Positions 55,774 through 64,000 of a stretch of DNA of 64,000 nucleotides are shown one piece after another. Each line of letters opens with the position of its first letter. Position 1 is the stretch's first letter. The stretch lies in NCBI GenBank assembly GCA_040387495.1, contig JAZKDQ010000009.1:1-64000 (forward strand), written 5' to 3'. The position numbers and the translations under genes are program-made. The notes under the pieces are model-generated. The model searched no databases. It worked only from the letters and a program-made list of their open reading frames with translations, and was not told where the DNA came from. Source of the stretch: Pseudomonadota bacterium (GTDB taxonomy: Bacteria; Pseudomonadota; Alphaproteobacteria; Paracaedibacterales; CAIOTO01).

Positions 55774-56345
55774 GCAGCGCCTTTAAGAGTAATCTCGCTC
55801 AGATTCTTCTGCAGCGTATCGATCTGTTTTTTAAGACTTGCGTCAACCCGCAAGTTCTCAGCCTGAATGACAACACCACCCAGCAAATCAGGAATTGATT
55901 CATATTCATAATCAATTCTCTTGCCAAACATGGAAAACACCTGTGCTTGAATTTTCTTTTTTTGCAACATCGTTGGCATAGTCGGCACTGAAATGCGCGC
56001 CATCATGCGGTTCTCGGCGTGATTATAACAGCTTTCAAATACATCAATAATTTCTTTAAAAATCGACAAACGTTGACGGCTATGCAGTATTTGATAGAAA
56101 TGAACAAGATACTTTGGCCATTCTAATTTAGTTGCGATAGTCGCCAGAAAATCAGCAAATTCCTGTTCTTTGAAAAATGGCAGCGTCTTTTTGACATCCA
56201 TATCTTGAAGACATGCACGATCAAACTCTTTTAGTTTTTCCAGTATTGAAAACGTTTCGTTTTGCTCGGAAGCAACCTCGAACAATGCGCGCGCGTATCG
56301 CCCTGGAATCGATGTTTGAAGACCTTTTAAAAGTGCTATATCCAT
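55770..56345 (-). CDS. atpH: ATP synthase F1 delta
   Basis: RYARALF, LLGGVVI...DASLKKQI. Confidence 0.92.
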   Translation of the reverse strand: MDIALLKGLQTSIPGRYARALFEVASEQNETFSILEKLKEFDRACLQDMDVKKTLPFFKEQEFADFLATIATKLEWPKYLVHFYQILHSRQRLSIFKEIIDVFESCYNHAENRMMARISVPTMPTMLQKKKIQAQVFSMFGKRIDYEYESIPDLLGGVVIQAENLRVDASLKKQIDTLQKNLSEITLKGAA

Positions 56346-56358
56346 GATTTCTTTTGCT

Positions 56359-56374
56359 TTAACTGTTTGTTAAC
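56359..56374 (+). promoter_or_regulatory. CtrA-type box upstream of atpH
   Basis: TTAACTGTTTGTTAAC. Confidence 0.35.
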
Positions 56375-56654
56375 ATCTTATCTTTATTAATAGCATATTT
56401 GAATGAATAGAGACAAGTCATACGGGATCATTACAGGTATGTTAAAAATTCTAGCCTACAATATTCCATATATGACAACAATTATGAATAGTAATGCCCT
56501 TCACGTTATAAGCTATGGCATTCAATAAACCACATCACCTTGGATGCTCTCAGTAGCATTCAATTTTAATAGCCCCCCCCCTAAATCACATTACGTCCCG
56601 GTGAAGCTATAGAAACTCTTGCTTAGAACGCCTAAAAAGACTTATGCAGAGAGT

Positions 56655-56855
56655 CTAATGAATTCTTTTTGAAAGTATAGATTGCGGATCAAAAAGGTCA
56701 TTGATTTTTATGCCGGAATTCATTGAAAAATTTACAAGTGCAAAGTCAGCGGTTTCTTCTGGTAAGTCTGCATCCAATAAAAGCTGATGTGCCATTTTCT
56801 CTTGTGACATTAAGATGGCCAATTCGTTCTTGTTAATAAAGTTTGTAATGTTCAT
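56655..56855 (-). CDS. Small hypothetical protein divergent from the luxR pair
   Basis: 66 aa, GAGAG RBS, ATG start. Confidence 0.45.
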   Translation of the reverse strand: MNITNFINKNELAILMSQEKMAHQLLLDADLPEETADFALVNFSMNSGIKINDLFDPQSILSKRIH

Positions 56856-57167
56856 AACTGATCTCTCATATAATTTTTAATTTAGTTAGCTATTCCAATT
56901 TCATCAAAACTTAAATATTAAAAAAAATTTTAAGTAATAAATATTCTTATACATATTTTATTTGCTTATATCAACATATTTTTTTGCAATATACACTATT
57001 TTATTTTCCAAGTGTAATTAAATTGTATTTTGAAAGTTGGATGCATAAATGAAAGAATATTAGAAAAATCATGCAGTTTCAACTAATATTATTTTAGTTA
57101 TTTTGAAATATATGTTATTTTTCATTTGCATTTAAAAATTGGAGATGCTAAATAGATTTTAGTTTAC

Positions 57168-57719
57168 ATGTGGTGGAACTATGTAGTGAATGTTTCTTGC
57201 AATTTTAAATACAATATTATATTAGATTCTTTGCGTAATGCAGATTCTATGAATAATTTAAATTCAACGTTCAAAAGTATTTGTGGATATTATGATATTG
57301 AAAAATTTGCCTTGAGTGAGCTTATTGGTATTAGAAATAAAAAGATGAATTTTAGCCTTTATTCAACCTACCCAGCTGAATGGACGCAGCATTATCAAAA
57401 AGAAAATTATCATCAGTTTGATCCCGTTTTCTTAAATATTGGGAAAATCCAGTTGCCATTTTTTTGGAATAGTAATTCTTTTAAGAAAATGAATTATCAT
57501 CAAAAAAAGGTTTTCACTGAGGCATATGATTTTAATATAACGTATGGAACCACAATTCCATTGGCACCTGAGGGGAATCGGCACGCGTATCTTACTATCT
57601 TAAATGCAGAGGTTGCAAAAAGTTGGCCAATGATGAATAAATTAGCCCTTGCCGCAAATATGTATTATTCGAGAAAGAGTTATTTTGAGTTCATAGAATT
57701 TAGGAAATTAATTAGTTAA
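57168..57719 (+). CDS. LuxR-type autoinducer-binding-domain-only protein (no HTH)
   Basis: YPAEW..HY....Y...DPV, PFFW, EAYDF; ends where the HTH would begin. Confidence 0.85.
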   Translation: MWWNYVVNVSCNFKYNIILDSLRNADSMNNLNSTFKSICGYYDIEKFALSELIGIRNKKMNFSLYSTYPAEWTQHYQKENYHQFDPVFLNIGKIQLPFFWNSNSFKKMNYHQKKVFTEAYDFNITYGTTIPLAPEGNRHAYLTILNAEVAKSWPMMNKLALAANMYYSRKSYFEFIEFRKLIS

Positions 57720-57736
57720 TAATTTGGAGTTTTGCT

Positions 57737-58453
57737 TTGTTAATACTTTCGAAATATCAAATAAATGGCCTATTGGAAGACATGTTTTGCGCAGACTCAG
57801 CGGATTCGTTGCAGTGTTCGTTGAAAAAATTATGTGGTGAATACTTTATTGATACTTTTGCGCTTGCTGCATTAACGGGACTTCGTAATGCAGAAGCTGC
57901 CTTTGATGTGTTTGATAATTACCCAATTGTATGGAAAAAACGATATATTGAGAAAAAGCATTATTTAAACGATCCAGTTTTTTCCGATTTAAACAAAACA
58001 AACCTTCCTTTTTGCTGGAATGTTGAAAAATTTAAAGATATAACAAAAAACCAAGAAAAATTTCTTTATGAAGCACATGATTTTGGAGTAAATGTTGGAA
58101 CAACCATTCCTTTATTGCCAGATGGAAAATTTAACGGCTTTATAACGTTACTTGGTGCAAATATTCATCATCCGGAGCTCTTATATATATTTTCCCTGGC
58201 TGCTAATTTTTATCTAAAACAAAAGAAGCATTTTGATTTGCAACAGCAGTTCAAATCATTAACTAAACAAGAAATGAAAGTATTGTTACTAAAGGCAGAT
58301 GGCCTCAGCGTTAAAATAATTTCTTCAGAATTGCACTTGTCAGATGCTACAGTTATTTTTCATTTAAAGAACCTAAGAAAGAAATTAAATTCAGTTACCA
58401 CTGAGCAAGCTATTTTTAAATTTGGTTTAGCACGTGGAGATAATTTTTTGTAG
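57737..58453 (+). CDS. luxR: LuxR-family quorum-sensing regulator
   Basis: YPIVW..RY, DPV, FCW, EAHDFG plus HTH LTKQE...DGLS..IS..L.LS..TV.FHL.N.RKKL. Confidence 0.9.
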   Translation: MLILSKYQINGLLEDMFCADSADSLQCSLKKLCGEYFIDTFALAALTGLRNAEAAFDVFDNYPIVWKKRYIEKKHYLNDPVFSDLNKTNLPFCWNVEKFKDITKNQEKFLYEAHDFGVNVGTTIPLLPDGKFNGFITLLGANIHHPELLYIFSLAANFYLKQKKHFDLQQQFKSLTKQEMKVLLLKADGLSVKIISSELHLSDATVIFHLKNLRKKLNSVTTEQAIFKFGLARGDNFL

Positions 58454-58458
58454 GTGTA

Positions 58459-59118
58459 TTAGGGAAGAGTCAGTGATGTGTGGAGCGAAGTATGAATGTT
58501 GAAATCATTCGCATTATTGCTTAGTTTGTTTATTTTCAGACTTTTTGCTATCTTATCGTAAACATGGCTCATTGGCTGAAATGCCCAAACATCTATGTCC
58601 TCCTGATTAATCTTTGCGGAAGAAACTACATATGTAAGTAATCCATATTTCTTGCACAGTTTTGTTAAAGATGGATAAGTCAGTGTTAAGAAGCACTCTA
58701 CTCTTTCAATAGTTAATCCAAAATCTATTAATCCAGCCATGATAGATTTTGCAACTTTTTGGTGCATATGCACCTTGTAGTCTTCGCTTGCACTAATATC
58801 CACAGAATATCGACTTAATTCCCAATATCCTGGCCGTTTAAATTCATCAAGGTTAGGCAGCGTAAATTTAAAGGGTCCATCAAACATACAATCATTGATC
58901 ATTTCAACAAAGCGTATGCAACCACGAATAATTCCGTTGTCATCTTTGTATATTAAATAATACATATTTTTTTCGTCATATTGATCACGTTCCATCCCGT
59001 TTTCAACAGAAACATCCCATTTAAGACTTTCATAAAAAACACGATAACGTAGACGATACATACTATCAAGGTCTTGCCGATAGAGATCATATTCTCCTGG
59101 TTGAATCAGATACAACAT
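58459..59118 (-). CDS. luxI: Acyl-homoserine-lactone synthase
   Basis: RLRYRVF...LKW...ERDQYD, GCIRF, WELSR. Confidence 0.92.
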   Translation of the reverse strand: MLYLIQPGEYDLYRQDLDSMYRLRYRVFYESLKWDVSVENGMERDQYDEKNMYYLIYKDDNGIIRGCIRFVEMINDCMFDGPFKFTLPNLDEFKRPGYWELSRYSVDISASEDYKVHMHQKVAKSIMAGLIDFGLTIERVECFLTLTYPSLTKLCKKYGLLTYVVSSAKINQEDIDVWAFQPMSHVYDKIAKSLKINKLSNNANDFNIHTSLHTSLTLP

Positions 59119-59222
59119 ATTAGCTTCCCTTAATTATATGTACTTCAATATTTTATATAGTTCGAAATAAATATATTTCAATGCCTATTCAATATTAATA
59201 TCGAATAAATTAAATTATAAAT

Positions 59223-59242
59223 AGCTATCAAATATGATAGGT
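59223..59242 (-). promoter_or_regulatory. lux box upstream of luxI
   Basis: Minus strand ACCTATCATATTTGATAGCT, 20-bp dyad. Confidence 0.75.
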
Positions 59243-59375
59243 TAATACAAAATTTATTATGTTGATGTATAATTCACTTTTTCTTAATGATAAATGTTAA
59301 TATTTTGTAATTTAATAATTACAATTTACAATGATGATATTTAAAATATTCTTATAAAAGGAGTTTTAGTCAAAA

Positions 59376-59395
59376 ACCTATTATATTTGATAGGT
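59376..59395 (+). promoter_or_regulatory. Second lux box facing the PAS kinase
   Basis: ACCTATTATATTTGATAGGT, 18/20 identical to the inverted first box; ACCT-N12-AGGT. Confidence 0.75.
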
Positions 59396-59766
59396 TGTTC
59401 ATGATCAGAAAAGAGTGTAGAAATCCTTTATCAACCAATCAGAAAAAGATATTTTTGTGTCAGAAAAAAACAAAAATTCAACTTACAAAGCAACAAGCAC
59501 GCAAACATCAAGAGATAGTGCTCAGGAGTCCTTATTTTCGACTCTTAGTTTTTTAAATACATTACTAATAAAAAAATTAATTAAAAACGAATCATTTTCT
59601 GGGTGTTGTATTGATTTAACACGCATAGAACATTTTGCGTGTTCGAGGAATTTAATCGAAAAGCTATTTTTATAAGATAAATATTAAAACTAACGAGCAT
59701 CATGCTTATTGTCTTTTGAAATATTAGCATGTGAATTTCTTTTAGAAGGTTTTTGAAATAGTTTTT

Positions 59767-60914
59767 ATGGGATGCAAAAAAATGGCAACGATCGCAAACA
59801 ATGAAATTAAAATGAATAAAGAAGAACGTTTGTTGGCAAGTGTCATAATGCACGCGCCCACGCCGGTTGCCTTGTTTGATACACACATGCGTTGTTTGAA
59901 TGTGAGCAGCGTATGGGCTAAAGAATTAGGATTTGGTGCAGATGTAGAATTTATAGGCAAATCACACCATGATGTTTTTCCTAAGCAACTAATCCAGCAC
60001 CAAGACATATATGCAGAATGTTTAAAAGGAAGTCCTTACAGAGGAAGAAAAAAATACATTGTACCTATAAATGATAAACACATTTTGTTGGCAATGAGCA
60101 TTACTCCATGGAAAAATGCCGATGACTCAGTTGGGGGGCTTATTGTATATGTAAATGAGTTATCCGAAAGAAATGAGTCAACTGTTCATATTAATGAAAT
60201 GATAAATAATTTGAAGCGCTCAAATGTAGAACTAGAATGTTTTGCATATGTTTGCTCACACGACTTAAAAGAGCCTCTACGAAATATATCGTGTTTTATA
60301 CAACTTTTACTGAAACATAATTCAGCTTGTTTTGATGAAATATCGATTAATTACATTGGGCATGTTTTAAAAGGTGTTGACCGTATGTGCTCATTGATTA
60401 AAAACATTCTTTTATATTCACGTGTATCTACACAAAATATAATTACGGTATTGTTGATATAAATAGTGTTTTAGATGACGTGAAAAAGAATTTAATGTTT
60501 AAATTACAAGAAGCAAAAGCAGAAATTCATATTGCTGAAATGCCGAATATCATAGGGAACACGACTCAAATCAATCAACTTTTTGCAAATTTAATTGATA
60601 ACGCAATCAAGTATAAATCAGATCAGCCTTTAATTATTGATATTTCTGCTAGAGATACAGGATCATTGTGGGAAATAAGTATCAAAGATAATGGAATTGG
60701 TATTGCAGAAGAACATCAGTCAAATGTTTTTAACATGTTTAAACAACTGGATAGCAGAACTCATTGTGATAGTTCTGGCGTAGGTCTTGCCATATGTAAG
60801 AAAATTGTGAAGGCTCATGATGGAGATATCTTTGTCCGATCAAATTCTGCCGGAGGTTGTGATTTTGTATTCACTTTGCCAAAAATAAGTAAAATGAAAA
60901 ATGCAGCAACGTGA
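59767..60914 (+). pseudogene. PAS-HisKA-HATPase kinase split by a frameshift near 60434-60437
   Basis: H-box SHDLKEPLR in ORF1; NLIDNAIKY, DNGIG, GVGLAICK in ORF2; adding one A to the CAAAAT run fuses them. Confidence 0.8.
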
Positions 60915-60991
60915 ATGTATTTTTTTGTTAATCAAAATTTAGCAAGTTTAATGACATAATAAACCATGTAATAAATTCATACATGTATTAA

Positions 60992-62029
60992 ATGACCATC
61001 ACTTTTGACATCGAACAGAAAAATCTATTACGCGACATTCAGCGTCATTTAGCGGTAATGTGCGCAGATGGCTTCCGAAAATCTGTGTTGTCATTATTCT
61101 CACACAAATCTGCACGTAGTGGCATTTATATATATGGCGATGTTGGCCGGGGCAAGACAACGCTTGTGAGACATGTGTTTGATCAAGTGCACGTTACCAA
61201 GCAACGCTATCATTGTGATACTTTTTTTGCAGAACTCCACCGCGCGTTACAGTCACAAGACATCGACTCACTTGCCCATAACATTCAGCATAAATATCGC
61301 ATGATTTGGATTGATGAATTGCAAATCTATGATGTAGCGACAGCGATGTTGTTGCGTCGCTTAATTCCTGCATTAGTTGAACTTCATGTGATTGTGTTAA
61401 TGACCGGCAATATTGCGCCTGATGATTTTTATAAAGGTGGGCTAAACCGCGAACAATTTAGTGATTTTATCTCATATTTCTGCAGGCATTTTCATTGCCT
61501 GGCGTTGGATGGAGCGCTGGATTATCGATTGCAGCAAAAGGCTAGCCAAGATAATACAAGCGCAGAAAAGCTGTGTCATTTCTGGCTAGCATCACCAGCA
61601 GCAACAGTGGCAATGGAAAATATATTTAATGCCTTTGCAGTTGAATCTATTGCGCAAAATGGTATCCCTACAAAAATGCCCCCTTCACCCTTTACATTGC
61701 AGCTTAAGCATCGGACGTGGGTACTTGCTAAAACACATGCCAAGGCGGCCTTTATTGATTTCTCCTCACTCGCTCAAACGAGTTGTGCCTTTGATGACTA
61801 TCGGGCGCTGGTTCAAGAATTCCCTACGATTTTTGTGACGGATGTGCCGATCTTTAATCACACAAACAGAGACGCCTGCCGGCGGTTTATGGCATTTATT
61901 GATATTATGTATGATGGCGGGGCAGAACTTTACATGTCAGCACACAGAGCACCAGCTGAACTGTATCAAGATTCAGGGCAGAAATTGCCTTTTGCACGCA
62001 CGGCTTCGCGCTTGGCTGAGATTTTGTGA
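60992..62029 (+). CDS. zapE: AFG1-family ATPase ZapE
   Basis: GIYIYGDVGRGKT, IDE, YKGGLNRE, DYR, RRFMAFIDIMYD, RTASRL. Confidence 0.9.
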   Translation: MTITFDIEQKNLLRDIQRHLAVMCADGFRKSVLSLFSHKSARSGIYIYGDVGRGKTTLVRHVFDQVHVTKQRYHCDTFFAELHRALQSQDIDSLAHNIQHKYRMIWIDELQIYDVATAMLLRRLIPALVELHVIVLMTGNIAPDDFYKGGLNREQFSDFISYFCRHFHCLALDGALDYRLQQKASQDNTSAEKLCHFWLASPAATVAMENIFNAFAVESIAQNGIPTKMPPSPFTLQLKHRTWVLAKTHAKAAFIDFSSLAQTSCAFDDYRALVQEFPTIFVTDVPIFNHTNRDACRRFMAFIDIMYDGGAELYMSAHRAPAELYQDSGQKLPFARTASRLAEIL

Positions 62030-62077
62030 AATTCATATAGACAAAATTACCACAGTTCGGTTAGACTATTAGTATAG

Positions 62078-63115
62078 GTGGGGGTAATTACATTGACACG
62101 TTTTAGTGCATTTTCAATAATATTTTTCTTTTCTTTTTCTCTGACTAATACTGCGCATAGTGGTAGGCATGTGGTTTCCGCTATTGTCATCGATGCCAAG
62201 AATGGGAATGTGTTACATAGTGAAAATGCTGATCTGCCAAGGCACCCTGCATCGCTTGCAAAAAAAATGACATTATTTTTGATATTTGAAGCGCTGCAAA
62301 ATAAAAAGATTAGCCTTAATACAACATATAATGTGTCACCACAAGCAGCCCGCGCGATTCCGTGCAAGCTTGGTATTTCTGCGGGAAAAGCAGTTACAGT
62401 TGATACTATTATCAAAGGACTAGTTACAAAGTCAGCAAACGATATGGCTGTTGTTGTGGCCGAAGGGCTCTCTGGTAGTATGTCAAAGTTTGTTGAAATG
62501 ATGAACGCCAAAGCACGCGAGTTGGGCATGAAAAACACAACGTTTACAAATCCTTCAGGCGTGCCTGACCGGGGGCAATCTTTCCTCAAACGTGGCGTCC
62601 AACGACAAACAACTACAGCACGCGACATGGCAATTTTATCACAAGCGCTTTACAATAAATTTCCGGAACACTGGAAATATTTCAAAATCAGAACCTTTAA
62701 TTTCTTAGGCAGTGCGCATCATAACCACAATCATTTGATGAAATCATTTCCTGGAATGGATGGCATTAAAACAGGTTGGGTCAATGCATCTGGCTTTAAT
62801 TTGAGCACATCAGCCATACGGTATACACAAGCTGGCAATCCTGTACGGTTATTTGCTGTGGTATTGGGTGGCACAACACGTCATGTGCGCGATCGTCGCA
62901 TGGCAAGTTTGCTGGAAACACATTTCAAGAAATTGGGTGCGACCGTGGTGAAAAATAACAACACTACCGATGAGTTGTTTACCCAAACGAATGCACCTGC
63001 GGTGAATAATAATGCGAACACCAATAAACTTGATGTATTGTTCAAACAAACAAGCACATCTAAGATTAAGAGAAAAAAAAGTAAGTTAGATGTGTTGTTT
63101 AACCAGCCTGCATAA
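62078..63115 (+). CDS. D-Ala-D-Ala carboxypeptidase (peptidase S11)
   Basis: PASLAK, SAND, GIKTG. Confidence 0.9.
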   Translation: MGVITLTRFSAFSIIFFFSFSLTNTAHSGRHVVSAIVIDAKNGNVLHSENADLPRHPASLAKKMTLFLIFEALQNKKISLNTTYNVSPQAARAIPCKLGISAGKAVTVDTIIKGLVTKSANDMAVVVAEGLSGSMSKFVEMMNAKARELGMKNTTFTNPSGVPDRGQSFLKRGVQRQTTTARDMAILSQALYNKFPEHWKYFKIRTFNFLGSAHHNHNHLMKSFPGMDGIKTGWVNASGFNLSTSAIRYTQAGNPVRLFAVVLGGTTRHVRDRRMASLLETHFKKLGATVVKNNNTTDELFTQTNAPAVNNNANTNKLDVLFKQTSTSKIKRKKSKLDVLFNQPA

Positions 63116-63124
63116 TTTTATTTT

Positions 63125-63388
63125 TTATTGCTTAGTTATACATCCCCAGACAGTAGTCTGAACACCATTTAGCATTGCCTTGCCGGATAGACAAGATTCT
63201 CCTTTGTTAGGGCAGTACCCAGAAAAAGTGCCCTCACAACGAGTCTGACATGCACCTTCACGACAAGACTGATGAGTATTGGCACATGTTCCCGTAGGAT
63301 TTCTGGAACTGCAATGACCAGCAAAACTTTGGCCGCAGATAAAAGCACTTGCGAACATAAGTATGAAAAGTCGTATTTTTTTAGTCAT
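63125..63388 (-). CDS. Small secreted Cys-rich peptide (8 Cys in mature part)
   Basis: MTKKIRLFILMFASAFICGQSFA-GHC...CPNKGESC...TTVWGCITKQ. Confidence 0.7.
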   Translation of the reverse strand: MTKKIRLFILMFASAFICGQSFAGHCSSRNPTGTCANTHQSCREGACQTRCEGTFSGYCPNKGESCLSGKAMLNGVQTTVWGCITKQ

Positions 63389-63690
63389 AGCATTTATCCA
63401 ATATAAAAAATTATTTAAATTTAAATTACACTTCATTATACATGGATAAATATTAACAAATAGTAAATTATAGTTTTACTATTTTTATTTATGATATATA
63501 ATCCTGAAATTTAAAATGAATTACACGCCATGGGATAACAAAACTGCGTGCAAAAATATGTGCAAAATGATATGATTTTCTTTATGTACCGCATATCACA
63601 TTAGGGCATACATATTTTAGATGTGTTTAGCGCTGGTCAAACCAGTTAAAAGCACGAATGATAACACTTATTTTTTATTGAATAGGCAAG

Positions 63691-64000
63691 ATGGAACACA
63701 CATTGCTTACAAAAACAGCATCACCAACGATAAGTTTCATGCCTCCAAAAACGATAGTTCTTGTGGGATTAATGGGTTGTGGAAAAACAAGTATTGGGAA
63801 ACGTTTAGCAAAACGGCTCGAGCTTCCTTTTCATGATTCGGATCATGCAGTAGAAGACGCTGCTGGTTGCCCCATAAAAGATATTTATAATATCTATGGA
63901 GAAGAAGCATTCTTAAGCGGCGAACAACGCGTTATCGCCAGACTTTTAGAGCAGCCAACACATATCCTTGCAACTGGTGGCAGTTCATTTGCGTATGAAC
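63691..64000 (+). CDS. aroK: Shikimate kinase (partial, runs off window)
   Basis: Manual translation: IVLVGLMGCGKTSIGKRLAKRL..FHDSD, GEEAF...E, LATGG. Confidence 0.9.
   Translation, partial: MEHTLLTKTASPTISFMPPKTIVLVGLMGCGKTSIGKRLAKRLELPFHDSDHAVEDAAGCPIKDIYNIYGEEAFLSGEQRVIARLLEQPTHILATGGSSFAYE

Noticed and set aside
59457..59675. 72-aa ORF downstream of lux box 2
   Set aside because: GTG start, no clear RBS or motif; not called as a CDS
1187..62628. Numerous short antisense or alternate-frame ORFs in the track
   Set aside because: They overlap well-supported genes and lack motifs; shadow ORFs
1..64000. tRNA, rRNA, transposase, integrase or prophage genes
   Set aside because: None recognised, so no dedicated recombinase for the tssM array is visible in this window

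Overview
AT-rich alphaproteobacterial chromosome segment, inferred to come from a Holosporales/Rickettsiales-like endosymbiont. The grounds are Pht-like MFS transporters, RPE-like palindromes, eukaryote-like LRR proteins, broken core operons and many signal-peptide orphans. It probably lies near the origin (rsmG-parA-parB with four perfect parS sites). Housekeeping genes: gshB, ddl-ftsQ-ruvB, ileS, TPP-riboswitch thiZXY, phaC, rnhB, atpH/atpA/atpG, zapE, a DD-carboxypeptidase and partial aroK. Most notable: (1) a T6SS tssK-tssL-tssM block whose tssM 3' end is repeated twice downstream, each copy fused to the shared promoter of an opposite-strand secreted LRR gene, like a cassette array; (2) a duplicated sigma70 promoter with a CtrA-type box ahead of both tssK and tssL; (3) a luxI/luxR quorum-sensing locus with an HTH-less LuxR paralog, two near-identical 20-bp lux boxes and a PAS kinase; (4) two related small Cys-rich secreted peptides; (5) many accessory genes broken by single stops or frameshifts. 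All calls come from reading motifs by eye; no searches were run.
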